Both the position numbers and the translations under genes were made by a program. DNA of 32,000 nt from Formosa sp. Hel1_33_131 (lineage in GTDB: Bacteria; Bacteroidota; Bacteroidia; Flavobacteriales; Flavobacteriaceae), in assembly GCF_001735745.1 (NCBI RefSeq), contig NZ_CP017260.1:210001-242000 (forward strand), in the 5' to 3' direction. This document shows, one piece after another, positions 1 through 10,613 of this stretch. Position 1 is the first letter of the stretch. Each line of letters starts with the position of its first letter. The notes below the pieces were generated by a model, which was not told where the DNA came from, did no database searches, and saw only the letters and a program-made list of their open reading frames with translations.

Positions 1-1100
<1,100 letters not shown>

Positions 1101-1111
1101 TTAAACGCGAA

Positions 1112-1119
1112 CAAATTTA
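1112..1119 (-). promoter_or_regulatory. Candidate Bacteroidota -7 box (TAAATTTG, matches TAnnTTTG) upstream of pyrG
   Basis: The reverse complement of caaattta at 1112-1119 is TAAATTTG, about 21 nt upstream of the pyrG ATG. Motif match only. Confidence 0.35.
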
Positions 1120-1182
1120 CAAATAAGTATTGAAACTTTAAGGATTAATGGGAGTTGTTTATGAACACTTTATATAAAATAC

Positions 1183-1207
1183 AAAAAGCACCCAAAAGGT
1201 GCTTTTT
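1183..1207 (-). terminator. Rho-independent terminator hairpin downstream of the PPIase gene
   Basis: aaaaagcacc-caaaa-ggtgcttttt forms a perfect stem with A/T-run flanks. It is symmetric, so it could act on either strand. It lies 32 nt past the stop of the minus-strand CDS 1239..2171. Confidence 0.7.
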
Positions 1208-1238
1208 GTATAAATAATATAATAGAATTTAAATCGAA

Positions 1239-2171
1239 TTATTTAACCTCAACCAATTCAACATCAAAGATTAAGTTTGCATTTGGTGGAATCACGCCAC
1301 CAGCGCCTTGAGCCCCATAGCCTAAATGACTTGGAATGACAAAACGTGCCTTGTCTCCTACATTTAAAAGTGCAACGCCTTCATCCCATCCAGCAATGAC
1401 TTGACCTGTTCCGAGCGCAAATTCAATCGGTTCTTTTCTTTTGTAAGAGGAATCAAATACCGTTCCATCAGTCAATTGCCCTTTGTAATGTACTGAAACC
1501 GTAGCACCTTTTGCAGCTTTTGAACCACTTCCTTTTTGAAGTATTTGGTAACGAAGACCGCTCTCTGTTTTTTCGAATCCAGCCGCTAATTTATCTAACT
1601 CTGCCTCAACAGCTGCTTTTGCTTTTTCTAGATTTTTTTCTCTTGAACCTTCAAAAGTTCTAAAGGCTTCCACAGCTTGAAATGCTTCTGCATCGGCTCC
1701 AACTGCTATAATTTCTAAAGTTTCTAAAACATCGCCTTGAGCAATTGTGTCAACTTTATCTTGACCTTCAATCACGTTTCCGAATACAGTATGTTTCCCG
1801 TCTAACCAATCGGTTGGAATGTGTGTTATAAAAAATTGACTTCCATTGGTTCCAGGACCTGCATTGGCCATAGATAATATACCTGGTTTGTCATGTTTTA
1901 AATCGGGATGGAATTCATCGTCAAATTTATATCCTGGATTTCCCGTTCCTGTTCCTTGGGGGCACCCTCCTTGAATCATGAAATCTGGAATGACTCTATG
2001 AAATTTTAGACCGTTGTAATACGGGTCTCCCTGATTTTTTACAGAATTTTCTAAGTTTCCTTGCGCTAGGGCAACGAAATTACCAACTGTTCCAGGTGTT
2101 TTTTGAAATTCTAAATTTACTAAAATGTCACCTTTAGAGGTGTTGAATTTTGCGTATAAGCCGTCGTTCAT
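1239..2171 (-). CDS. Dual-domain peptidyl-prolyl cis-trans isomerase: N-terminal cyclophilin type, C-terminal FKBP type
   Basis: 310 aa. N-terminal half has cyclophilin motifs ([41 protein letters not shown]). C-terminal ~110 aa has FKBP motifs ([46 protein letters not shown]). ATG start confirmed. Confidence 0.9.
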   Translation of the reverse strand: MNDGLYAKFNTSKGDILVNLEFQKTPGTVGNFVALAQGNLENSVKNQGDPYYNGLKFHRVIPDFMIQGGCPQGTGTGNPGYKFDDEFHPDLKHDKPGILSMANAGPGTNGSQFFITHIPTDWLDGKHTVFGNVIEGQDKVDTIAQGDVLETLEIIAVGADAEAFQAVEAFRTFEGSREKNLEKAKAAVEAELDKLAAGFEKTESGLRYQILQKGSGSKAAKGATVSVHYKGQLTDGTVFDSSYKRKEPIEFALGTGQVIAGWDEGVALLNVGDKARFVIPSHLGYGAQGAGGVIPPNANLIFDVELVEVK

Positions 2172-2259
2172 GAGTATGTATTATTATTTTTTAATAGCTG
2201 CAAAGATAAGAAGGAATTATAAACAAAAAAGGTTCCGGAATGGTTTTGTGAAAAAACAA

Positions 2260-4449
2260 TTAATTTGCCACTTCACTTATAAATTTAAGGCGATACAAAC
2301 GCAATTCTTGATCGTCGTATTCCCCATCAAATTCTTCAATGGCAGCTTCTATATCATCGGATTCGGATTCCATAAAATAGTCATGAATTTCATCTTGTTG
2401 GTCTTCATCAAATATTTCATCAATCCAATAATTGATGTTTAATTTGGTACCCGAAAATACAATGGCTTCTAGTTCTCTAATAAAATCAGCCATATTCATT
2501 CCTTTTGCGGAAGAGATATCGTCAAGAGGTAATTTTCTATCAATATTTTGAATGATGTAAAGTTTCAAGGAAGAGTTTAATCCGGTGGACTTGATAATCA
2601 TATCCTCCAAGCGTTCAATATCATTTTCATCGACGTAACGCTTTATGAGCTTTACAAAATCTTTGCCATAACGCTTAGCTTTTCCTTCGCCAACCCCATG
2701 AATATGGTAAAGTTCTTCTATTGTGATTGGATATTTAAGCGCCATATCTTCGAGCGATGGATCTTGAAAAATTACAAATGGAGGGACGCCTAGTTTTTTA
2801 GCATTGGATTTACGAAGGTCTTTAAGCATCCGCATGAGTGCAACATCAACTAAATCTAAAGAATTGTTATAATTACGATTCGATTCTATGTTGTAAGTAT
2901 GGTCTTCCGTCATCATAAACGACTTTGGCTGTTCTATAAATTCACGACCGTTAGGAGTGAGTTTTAAGACGCCATAGGTTTCAATGTCTTTGCGTAAGTA
3001 ACCGGCAACGAGTGCCTGTCTGATCAGTGCCATCCAGTAAAGCACATCGTGATTACTTCCTTTACCAAAAAATGGCAATTCGTTGGTACGGTGCGATTTT
3101 ATAAGCGCATTATCATGCCCTATGATGACATTGACAAGGTCTTTACTTTTATATTTTTCGTGGGTATGCGATACAATTTCAAGCATTAATTGAACTTCCT
3201 CAATCGCTTCCGTCTGTGGCTTTGGGTTCCGAACATTATCATCCATATTGCCACCATCTCCTGTTTCTGTATCAAATGCTTCTCCAAAATAATGTAAAAT
3301 AAATTTACGACGCGACATGGACGTTTCAGCCATTGCGACCACTTCTTGCAACAACGCAAAGCCAATTTCTTGTTCGGCAACAGGTTTCCCTGACATGAAT
3401 TTTTCAAGTTTTTCTATGTCTTTATAGGCGTAATATGCCAAACAGTGTCCTTCACCTCCATCACGGCCAGCACGGCCTGTTTCTTGGTAATAGCTTTCAA
3501 TACTTTTTGGAATGTCATGATGAATCACAAAACGCACATCGGGTTTATCGATGCCCATTCCAAACGCAATGGTTGCCACCACGATATCCGTGTCTTCCAT
3601 CAAAAACATGTCTTGATGTTTGGAGCGTGTCTTGGCGTCCAAGCCTGCGTGATATGGCACTGCTTTGATCCCGTTCACTTGAAGGATTTGCGACAATCCT
3701 TCAACGCGTTTTCTGCTTAGGCAATAGATAATTCCAGATTTTCCTTCGTTTTGTTTTACAAATCGGATAATGTCATTATCAACCTGATCTGTTTTGGGAA
3801 GTATCTCGTAAAATAAGTTAGGTCTATTAAAAGACGCTTTAAACGTTTGAGAGTCTGTTGTCCCTAAATTTTTAAGAATATCTTCTTGCACCTTAGGCGT
3901 CGCTGTTGCTGTCAAACCAATGATTGGAATGTTATCCCCTATTTGTGTAATGATGTGTTTTAAGTTTCTGTATTCAGGTCTGAAATCATGTCCCCATTCA
4001 CTGATGCAGTGTGCTTCATCTACCGCCATAAATGAAACTGTTTGCGCTTTTAAAAATTCAATATTCTCAGCTTTTGAAAGTGACTCTGGAGCGACGTATA
4101 AAAGTTTCGTGATTCCAGATTCTATATCTGATTTCACTTGTTTTATTTCGGTTTTATTTAAGGAAGAATTCAATACATGTGCAATCCCTTCATAATCCGA
4201 AATACCTCGAATCGCATCCACTTGATTTTTCATGAGTGCTATTAATGGAGAAACGACAATGGCTGTCCCATCCTGCATCAACGCGGGTAATTGATAACAA
4301 AGTGACTTCCCTCCTCCTGTTGGCATAATGGCAAAGGTGTGTTTTTTCTCTAAAAGACTAACAATGACTTGTTCTTGCAGTCCTTTAAATTTATCAAACC
4401 CGAAAAAGGTTTTAAGTGCTATATGTAATTCTTTAGTCGAAATACTCAT
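2260..4449 (-). CDS. recQ: ATP-dependent DNA helicase RecQ
   Basis: 729 aa. Walker A MPTGGGKSLCYQLPA, DEAH box AVDEAHCISEWGHDFRPEY, RecQ C-terminal and HRDC-like region, then an acidic tail. Confidence 0.93.
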   Translation of the reverse strand: MSISTKELHIALKTFFGFDKFKGLQEQVIVSLLEKKHTFAIMPTGGGKSLCYQLPALMQDGTAIVVSPLIALMKNQVDAIRGISDYEGIAHVLNSSLNKTEIKQVKSDIESGITKLLYVAPESLSKAENIEFLKAQTVSFMAVDEAHCISEWGHDFRPEYRNLKHIITQIGDNIPIIGLTATATPKVQEDILKNLGTTDSQTFKASFNRPNLFYEILPKTDQVDNDIIRFVKQNEGKSGIIYCLSRKRVEGLSQILQVNGIKAVPYHAGLDAKTRSKHQDMFLMEDTDIVVATIAFGMGIDKPDVRFVIHHDIPKSIESYYQETGRAGRDGGEGHCLAYYAYKDIEKLEKFMSGKPVAEQEIGFALLQEVVAMAETSMSRRKFILHYFGEAFDTETGDGGNMDDNVRNPKPQTEAIEEVQLMLEIVSHTHEKYKSKDLVNVIIGHDNALIKSHRTNELPFFGKGSNHDVLYWMALIRQALVAGYLRKDIETYGVLKLTPNGREFIEQPKSFMMTEDHTYNIESNRNYNNSLDLVDVALMRMLKDLRKSNAKKLGVPPFVIFQDPSLEDMALKYPITIEELYHIHGVGEGKAKRYGKDFVKLIKRYVDENDIERLEDMIIKSTGLNSSLKLYIIQNIDRKLPLDDISSAKGMNMADFIRELEAIVFSGTKLNINYWIDEIFDEDQQDEIHDYFMESESDDIEAAIEEFDGEYDDQELRLYRLKFISEVAN

Positions 4450-4602
4450 TTATGGTTAATTTCTTATCTTAATTAAAAAAAACGTGGTTAATTGAATCAA
4501 AATTGGAATAAATTCGGGAACACTCCTAATTTTTTTGTTTTTTTGTACCGTGAATTAAAGGTAGATATATTTAAATAAGTACACAACCAAAATATAAAAA
4601 AA

Positions 4603-5568
4603 TTGAGTTCAAAAAAATCCATAGTCGCATTAGCCAAAGAAACCATTGTAATTGAAAGCTTAGCAATCTCTCAACTTGCAGATTTTATCGATGATACATT
4701 TGCAGAAGCTGTGGATCTAATATACAATTCTACAGGTCGTGTCATTATAACAGGGATTGGAAAAAGTGCCATTATTGCAAATAAAATCGTGGCAACTCTA
4801 AATTCTACGGGCACTCCTTCGGTATTTATGCATGCTGCAGACGCCATTCATGGCGATTTAGGACTTATCCTATCCGATGATATTGTAATTTGTATTTCTA
4901 AAAGTGGAAACACGCCTGAAATAAAAGTACTCATCCCTTTTTTGAAAAATGCAGGGAATACCTTGATAGCTATCACAGGAAACCAGAAATCTGTATTGGC
5001 TGAACAAGCCGATTTTGTTTTCAATTCTTATGTCGAAAAAGAAGCCTGTCCTATTAACCTAGCGCCAACGACGAGCACAACAGCGCAGTTGGTGATTGGA
5101 GATGCCTTAGCGGTTTGTTTATTAGAACTTCGCGGGTTTACAAAAGATGATTTTGCAAAATACCATCCCGGAGGTGCCTTAGGAAAAAAATTATTTTTAA
5201 AAGTACGAGATATCTTAGCGTTGAACGAAGTACCCGCAGTGCGTCCCGATGCGAGCATTAAGAACGTTATTGTAGAAATTTCAGAAAAACGCAAAGGGGT
5301 GACTGCCGTGACCCTCGCCGATAAAATTGTTGGAATTATTACTGATGGGGATTTAAGACGTATGCTGTCAGTAACAGAAGACTTATCAAAACTAAAGGCG
5401 GAAGATATTATGAGTAAAAACCCACGATTCATTACCATCGATGCCATGGCAATTGACGCTATGGAGTTAATGGACACCCACAAAATCTCGCAGCTCCTAG
5501 TTGAAGACCAAGGAAACTATGCAGGGGTCATTCATATTCATGACCTTATAAAAGAAGGAATTATTTAG
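4603..5568 (+). CDS. kdsD: KpsF/GutQ-family arabinose-5-phosphate isomerase (SIS domain plus tandem CBS)
   Basis: 321 aa. SIS motif GIGKSAIIANKIVATLNSTGTPSVFMHAADAIHGDLG, and a C-terminal CBS pair. TTG start at 4603; the first in-frame ATG is about 75 codons in. Confidence 0.88.
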   Translation: MSSKKSIVALAKETIVIESLAISQLADFIDDTFAEAVDLIYNSTGRVIITGIGKSAIIANKIVATLNSTGTPSVFMHAADAIHGDLGLILSDDIVICISKSGNTPEIKVLIPFLKNAGNTLIAITGNQKSVLAEQADFVFNSYVEKEACPINLAPTTSTTAQLVIGDALAVCLLELRGFTKDDFAKYHPGGALGKKLFLKVRDILALNEVPAVRPDASIKNVIVEISEKRKGVTAVTLADKIVGIITDGDLRRMLSVTEDLSKLKAEDIMSKNPRFITIDAMAIDAMELMDTHKISQLLVEDQGNYAGVIHIHDLIKEGII

Positions 5569-5570
5569 AT

Positions 5571-6386
5571 ATGGGAATACAAAAAGAAATGTCGTTTTTA
5601 GACCATCTTGAAGAATTAAGATGGCATATCATCAGAGCTTTGGGTGCTATCATGGTTGCGGCCACTGCGGCTTTTTTAGCGAAAGGCTTTATATTTGACA
5701 TCCTTATTTTTGGCCCTACAAAAGCTGATTTTTTTACCTATGAATTTCTTTGCAATACCTCAAAATTATTAGGATTTGAAAGTTTTTGTGACACTAATTT
5801 TGATTTTGAAGTTCAAAGTCGAACCATGGCCGGTCAGTTTTCCGCACACATTTGGACTTCCATTACGTTTGGATTGATCGTTGCATTCCCCTACGTACTT
5901 TATGAATTCTGGAAGTTCATCAGCCCTGGGCTTTACAACAAAGAAAAAAACAGCTCAAGAGGTTTTATTTTCATTTCCTCTGTATTATTTTTTATCGGCG
6001 TCTTATTTGGTTATTATATTGTTTGCCCGCTTTCTATTAACTTTTTAGGAACCTATTCTGTGGCTGAGCAAGTGCACAACGATTTTGATTTAAACTCTTA
6101 TATAGGACTCATACGTGCGTCCACACTCGCATCTGGTTTTATTTTTGAACTCCCTATTATTATTTATTTCCTTACTAAAATAGGATTGGTTACTCCTGAA
6201 TTCCTTCGAAAAAATAGAAAGTATGCCTTGGTTATTGTGCTTATTTTTGCCGCTGTCATTACCCCACCCGATATTGCCAGTCAAGTCATTGTTGCAATTC
6301 CCGTATTGATCTTGTATCAAGTGAGCATACTAATCTCAAAACTAGTGTTAAGAAACCAAAAAAGAAAAGAAAAAAATGGCGAATGA
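5571..6386 (+). CDS. tatC: Twin-arginine translocase subunit TatC
   Basis: 271 aa, six predicted TM helices. N-terminus MSFLDHLEELRWHIIRAL is typical of TatC. Starts 2 nt after the kdsD stop. Confidence 0.9.
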   Translation: MGIQKEMSFLDHLEELRWHIIRALGAIMVAATAAFLAKGFIFDILIFGPTKADFFTYEFLCNTSKLLGFESFCDTNFDFEVQSRTMAGQFSAHIWTSITFGLIVAFPYVLYEFWKFISPGLYNKEKNSSRGFIFISSVLFFIGVLFGYYIVCPLSINFLGTYSVAEQVHNDFDLNSYIGLIRASTLASGFIFELPIIIYFLTKIGLVTPEFLRKNRKYALVIVLIFAAVITPPDIASQVIVAIPVLILYQVSILISKLVLRNQKRKEKNGE

Positions 6387-6717
6387 AGTAGAGGAATTTA
6401 ATGCGTATCGCAAGAAAATGAATACCAAAATTCTTGCAGAAAACAATACCGTGATCAAACGCATTTTTAATTTAGATACCAACGCTTTTCAGGAAGGGGC
6501 TTTAAACACTGAAACCAAAGAATTGCTAGGACTTGTTGCTTCTGCTGTTTTACGTTGTGATGATTGTGTACGCTACCATCTAGAAAAATGCCACGAAGAA
6601 GGCTTGAGCAGAGCGCAAATTTCAGAAGCATTGAGCATCGCCACCCTTGTAGGAGGTACCATTGTCATACCGCATTTAAGAAAGGCTTATGAATACTTAG
6701 ATCTTTTAGAAGCCTAA
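6376..6717 (+). CDS. Carboxymuconolactone decarboxylase (AhpD-like) family protein
   Basis: 113 aa with the CxxC-type motif LRCDDCVRYH and the AhpD-like helical pattern. Overlaps the tatC 3' end by 11 nt. Confidence 0.75.
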   Translation: MANEVEEFNAYRKKMNTKILAENNTVIKRIFNLDTNAFQEGALNTETKELLGLVASAVLRCDDCVRYHLEKCHEEGLSRAQISEALSIATLVGGTIVIPHLRKAYEYLDLLEA

Positions 6718-6725
6718 TTTATATT

Positions 6726-6902
6726 ATGAAGAAATCAATAATGTTATTAGTAACAGGAATCGTTTTTGTATTTACAGGGGCTTTACTAAAAGTTCTGAAG
6801 TTTGAATATTCAAGTATTGTGCTTTCTGTAGGTTTAATTATTGAAGTTTTTGCGGTTTGCACTGTTTTTTATGAAATGAATTACAAAAATAAGTCAAGTT
6901 AA
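6726..6902 (+). CDS. Small hypothetical membrane protein (58 aa, two hydrophobic helices)
   Basis: Below the ORF-track size cutoff. My translation is MKKSIMLLVTGIVFVFTGALLKVLKFEYSSIVLSVGLIIEVFAVCTVFYEMNYKNKSS*. ATG at 6726, TAA at 6900-6902. Coding status rests only on the hydrophobic pattern and on position 8 nt after the preceding stop. Confidence 0.45.
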   Translation: MKKSIMLLVTGIVFVFTGALLKVLKFEYSSIVLSVGLIIEVFAVCTVFYEMNYKNKSS

Positions 6903-7081
6903 ATTTAATATAAAGTACCCAGAGTTGATGGATAGTCTGTTTCATTTTACTATTTTTAAAATTCTTTAAGCAAACGAATGAAACGAGCATGCTAAAATTA
7001 TTATCACTCAAGGGAATTACTAATAGCGAACAGTCCCGATAGTTATCGGGATGTCCTTCAAAAAACAATAGATAAAGACAC

Positions 7082-7822
7082 ATGAAATTAAGAGTCGAAA
7101 ATTTGATGAAGTCCTATAACGGACGAAAGGTAGTGAAGGATGTTTCACTTGAAGTAAATCAAGGGGAGATTGTTGGATTGCTAGGGCCTAATGGTGCTGG
7201 GAAAACAACTTCTTTTTACATGGCTGTTGGTTTGATTAAACCCAACGGTGGCGCCATCTATTTAGATGACAAGGACATCACGAACTACCCAATGTACAAA
7301 AGAGCCCAAAGTGGTATTGGATACCTTGCCCAAGAGGCTTCCGTCTTTCGGAAATTAAGCATTGAAGACAATATTTTGAGTGTACTTCAAATGACAAAGC
7401 TTTCTAAAAAAGAACAAGTTGATAAAATGGAATCGTTGATCGACGAGTTCAGTCTGGGACACATCAGAACCAACAGAGGCGATTTGTTGTCTGGAGGAGA
7501 ACGAAGACGTACCGAAATCGCGCGTGCTTTGGCAACCGATCCTAGTTTTATATTACTCGATGAACCCTTTGCAGGTGTGGATCCCGTGGCGGTGGAAGAC
7601 ATTCAACGGATTATTGCCAGATTGACCAAGAAAAATATTGGCATCTTAATTACGGATCACAATGTGCAAGAAACCTTGGCCATTACCGACCGTACCTATT
7701 TAATGTTTGAAGGAAGTATTCTTAAAGCTGGAAAACCCGAAGTACTTGCCAATGATGAAATGGTTCGGAAAGTCTATCTCGGTCAAAATTTTGAGTTACG
7801 TAAGAAGAAATTAGAGTTTTAA
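7082..7822 (+). CDS. lptB: LPS export ABC transporter ATP-binding protein LptB
   Basis: 246 aa. Walker [10 protein letters not shown], signature [15 protein letters not shown], Walker [13 protein letters not shown], and the LptB-type C-terminus VRKVYLG. Confidence 0.9.
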   Translation: MKLRVENLMKSYNGRKVVKDVSLEVNQGEIVGLLGPNGAGKTTSFYMAVGLIKPNGGAIYLDDKDITNYPMYKRAQSGIGYLAQEASVFRKLSIEDNILSVLQMTKLSKKEQVDKMESLIDEFSLGHIRTNRGDLLSGGERRRTEIARALATDPSFILLDEPFAGVDPVAVEDIQRIIARLTKKNIGILITDHNVQETLAITDRTYLMFEGSILKAGKPEVLANDEMVRKVYLGQNFELRKKKLEF

Positions 7823-7828
7823 AACCCC

Positions 7829-8710
7829 TTAAGCTTTTTTCAAAAACGGTTTTACAACCCGCTTCGATAGTTTCACCACTAAAAGGGTGATGATTCCTGC
7901 GCTGAGTCCAAAGATCAAATCCCTTAAAACCCCTGGGAAACTTTCTAAAAGGTGATGAAAAATTTCGATGTTGTGAATGAATATCCCCCCCGATACGAGC
8001 AAAAGCGCAACCGTACCAACGACCGATAACGATTTAATAACTACTGGCAACGCATTCACTAAGGTCACTCCTATAAAATGAACGCTGTTTTTTTTGCCCT
8101 TACTCATTTGTATTAACTTCAATCCAAAATCGTCCATACGCACAATGAGTGCCACAATCCCATACACCCCAACCGTTGCTATCATGGAAATCATACTCAC
8201 CACAGTAATTTGAATCGTTATCGACTGATCCAGTACAGTTCCTAAAACAATGATAATGATCTCAATGGATAAGATAAAATCCGTCAGAATCGCTGATTTT
8301 ACTTTCTTTTTTTCTAAGGCTAAAATTTCTATTTCAGACATTGCTTCAGAAGCTCCCTTAACAACCGTATGTTTGTGTGGAACGGTGTATTCAAGAATCT
8401 TTTCAACGCCTTCATAGGCTAAATAAAGCCCTCCTAAAATCAATATAAATGTAATTACCGAAGGTAAAAATGCACTGAGTAAAAATGCAAAAGGCAAAAT
8501 AATCAGTTTATTGAAAAAAGAGCCTTTTGTAATGGCCCACAACACAGGCAATTCTCTAGAAGACACAAAGCCAGATGCTTTTTCTGCATTGACGGCTAAA
8601 TCATCGCCAAGGATGCCGGCTGTTTTTTTAGCCGATACCTTACTCATCACGAGTACATCGTCCATAAGAACCGAAATATCATCCAATAATGCAAAAAAGC
8701 CTGAAGCCAT
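7829..8710 (-). CDS. DUF808 (YedI-like) inner-membrane protein
   Basis: 293 aa. N-terminus MASGFFALLDDISVLMDDV is characteristic of the DUF808 family. Multiple TM helices. Confidence 0.75.
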   Translation of the reverse strand: MASGFFALLDDISVLMDDVLVMSKVSAKKTAGILGDDLAVNAEKASGFVSSRELPVLWAITKGSFFNKLIILPFAFLLSAFLPSVITFILILGGLYLAYEGVEKILEYTVPHKHTVVKGASEAMSEIEILALEKKKVKSAILTDFILSIEIIIIVLGTVLDQSITIQITVVSMISMIATVGVYGIVALIVRMDDFGLKLIQMSKGKKNSVHFIGVTLVNALPVVIKSLSVVGTVALLLVSGGIFIHNIEIFHHLLESFPGVLRDLIFGLSAGIITLLVVKLSKRVVKPFLKKA

Positions 8711-8732
8711 AAAAGAGGTGTTTATTTAATAA

Positions 8733-9425
8733 TTACTTCGAGGCGATTGACAAAAGGATGTATGCAATAATTACAAGCGGAATCCCTGCAAATTGAAAAA
8801 TAGCAAGAAGCACTAAGGATAAAATAATCAATATATAACGTGAGGCATTGTCTTTAAAATTCCATGTTTTAAATTTTAAGGCAATCAGCTTAATCGGTGC
8901 ATTTAACAAATAACAACTCACCAAGGTCAGCGCGATAAGAAACCAAGGATTTAAAATAATGACATTGATTGCATCGCTGTGTTGATACTCTAAAATTAAG
9001 GGCAAAGAAATAATCAAGAGCGCATTTGCGGGAGTTGGCAATCCAATAAACGCATCTGATTGATTGGTAGAGATATTAAATTTTGCCAAACGGAATGCCG
9101 ATGCCAAGGTCACTAACAACCCAAAATAAGGGAGTAAATTGTAGGTTTCCCAAGAGAGCTGTGGCGCTAAACCTAATAAATGAAAGAGTACCAAACCGGG
9201 TACCAAACCACTGGTAACCATGTCAGCCAGAGAATCCAACTGAACTCCAAGTTCACTTGCCACATTTAATTTACGAGCCAGAAGTCCGTCAAAAAAATCA
9301 AAGAAAATACCCAGACAGACAAACAAGGCGGTGAGTTTCATATTGCCTTCCAAAGCAAAAATTACGGCCACACAACCAGAGAATAGATTTAATAATGTAA
9401 TAAAATGAGGGATATATGATTTCAC
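8733..9425 (-). CDS. pssA: CDP-alcohol phosphatidyltransferase, probably CDP-diacylglycerol--serine O-phosphatidyltransferase
   Basis: 230 aa. Motif DFFDGLLARKLNVASELGVQLDSLADMV matches D-x2-DG-x2-AR...G-x3-D-x3-D. GTG start (complement of 9423-9425). Confidence 0.8.
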   Translation of the reverse strand: MKSYIPHFITLLNLFSGCVAVIFALEGNMKLTALFVCLGIFFDFFDGLLARKLNVASELGVQLDSLADMVTSGLVPGLVLFHLLGLAPQLSWETYNLLPYFGLLVTLASAFRLAKFNISTNQSDAFIGLPTPANALLIISLPLILEYQHSDAINVIILNPWFLIALTLVSCYLLNAPIKLIALKFKTWNFKDNASRYILIILSLVLLAIFQFAGIPLVIIAYILLSIASK

Positions 9426-9545
9426 GATAAATTGTATTTAATTAGTAAAAATAATAAACTATTTTTGTTTTCAGTAAATAAACAACAATATCTAAAAAAA
9501 AATAGAGTTTACATTAGTGTTTATCAGTTCATTTAAAAAAAGCCC

Positions 9546-10613
9546 TTGCAAATATTAAAATTTGTCTTAATAATTTTGACACCCCTCCTAATGGTGTCTC
9601 AAAGCGCTCGAAAATATTCAAATGAATTTTTGAATATTGGGGTCGATGCGTCTGCTTTGGGAATGAGCAATGCCGTGGTCGCATCTTCAGATGATGTGAA
9701 CTCTGGCTACTGGAATCCTGCGGGCTTGGTGCATTTAGAAGACAGTGAGGCTGCCATCATGCACTCCAGTTATTTTGCCAATATTGCCAACTATAATTAC
9801 ATTGCTTTTGCCATGCCTTTAGACGACCGCACAGCAGTCGGGCTTTCGTTAATTCGGTTTGGAGTCGATGATATTTTAGATACTACAAAACTTATAGACC
9901 AACAAGGCGTGATCAATTACGATCGGATTAATTTATTTTCGGCAGCAGATTATGCACTCACATTTTCTTTTGCGAGAAAACTCCCTGTTCCCGGATGGAA
10001 TTATGGTGTCAATGCGAAAGTGATTCGACGTATTATAGGGGATTTTGCAAGCTCATGGGGATTTGGTTTGGATTTAGGAATTCAGTTTGAATCCAATGAT
10101 TGGAAATTTGGTTTGATGGCAAGAGACGTCACGACCACCTTTAATGCATGGGCTATTAACGAGGAACGGTTACAAGATATTAAAGATGCCATCCCAGGAC
10201 AAAACCAAGAAGAACCTGAAGCCACGGAGCTCACACTTCCTAAATTGCAACTTGGAATGTCGAAACTCTTTACCTTTAATTACGATTACACACTGAGAAC
10301 TGAAGTGGATCTAATCTGTCGGTTTGAAGAAAACAACGATGTGATCTCCTCCTCTTTTGTCAGTATCAATCCCGCTCTAGGTCTTGAATTTGGATATACG
10401 GATCTGGTGTTTTTTAGAGCTGGTGTCGGAAATTTTCAAAATGAATTACAACTTGACAACTCTACGCCTTTAACCTTTCAACCTAATTTTGGCGTCGGAT
10501 TTAAATATAATGGCATATACTTAGACTACGCCTTTACGGATATTGGCGATCAAAGTGCCGCCTTATACTCCAATGTATTTTCTCTCAAAATCGATTTAAG
10601 CATCTTTAGATAA
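9546..10613 (+). CDS. PorV/PorQ-family outer-membrane beta-barrel protein (T9SS-associated; PorQ-sized)
   Basis: 355 aa. Signal peptide MQILKFVLIILTPLLMVSQS if the TTG start is used. N-terminal motif FLNIGVDASALGMSNAVVASSDDVNSGYWNPAGL is typical of the PorV/PorQ family. C-terminal aromatic residue-rich strands. Confidence 0.65.
   Translation: MQILKFVLIILTPLLMVSQSARKYSNEFLNIGVDASALGMSNAVVASSDDVNSGYWNPAGLVHLEDSEAAIMHSSYFANIANYNYIAFAMPLDDRTAVGLSLIRFGVDDILDTTKLIDQQGVINYDRINLFSAADYALTFSFARKLPVPGWNYGVNAKVIRRIIGDFASSWGFGLDLGIQFESNDWKFGLMARDVTTTFNAWAINEERLQDIKDAIPGQNQEEPEATELTLPKLQLGMSKLFTFNYDYTLRTEVDLICRFEENNDVISSSFVSINPALGLEFGYTDLVFFRAGVGNFQNELQLDNSTPLTFQPNFGVGFKYNGIYLDYAFTDIGDQSAALYSNVFSLKIDLSIFR

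Noticed and set aside
2125-2442. Plus-strand ORF (105 aa) spanning the PPIase start and the recQ 3' end
   Set aside because: It overlaps two well-supported minus-strand genes. The Phe/Ile/Lys-rich translation is typical of an AT-rich antisense frame.
3186-4195. Track ORFs 3186..3407(-), 3435..3668(+), 3445..3720(+) and 3920..4195(+)
   Set aside because: All are nested in or antisense to recQ, whose helicase motifs fix the true frame.
5028-5483. Minus-strand 151-aa ORF
   Set aside because: It is antisense to the kdsD SIS/CBS coding region and shows no motifs.
6838-7083. Minus-strand 81-aa ORF in the spacer upstream of lptB
   Set aside because: It overlaps the 3' end of the small membrane ORF and the lptB start codon. 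The composition looks non-coding. The region is better explained as the lptB promoter/spacer carrying a palindrome.
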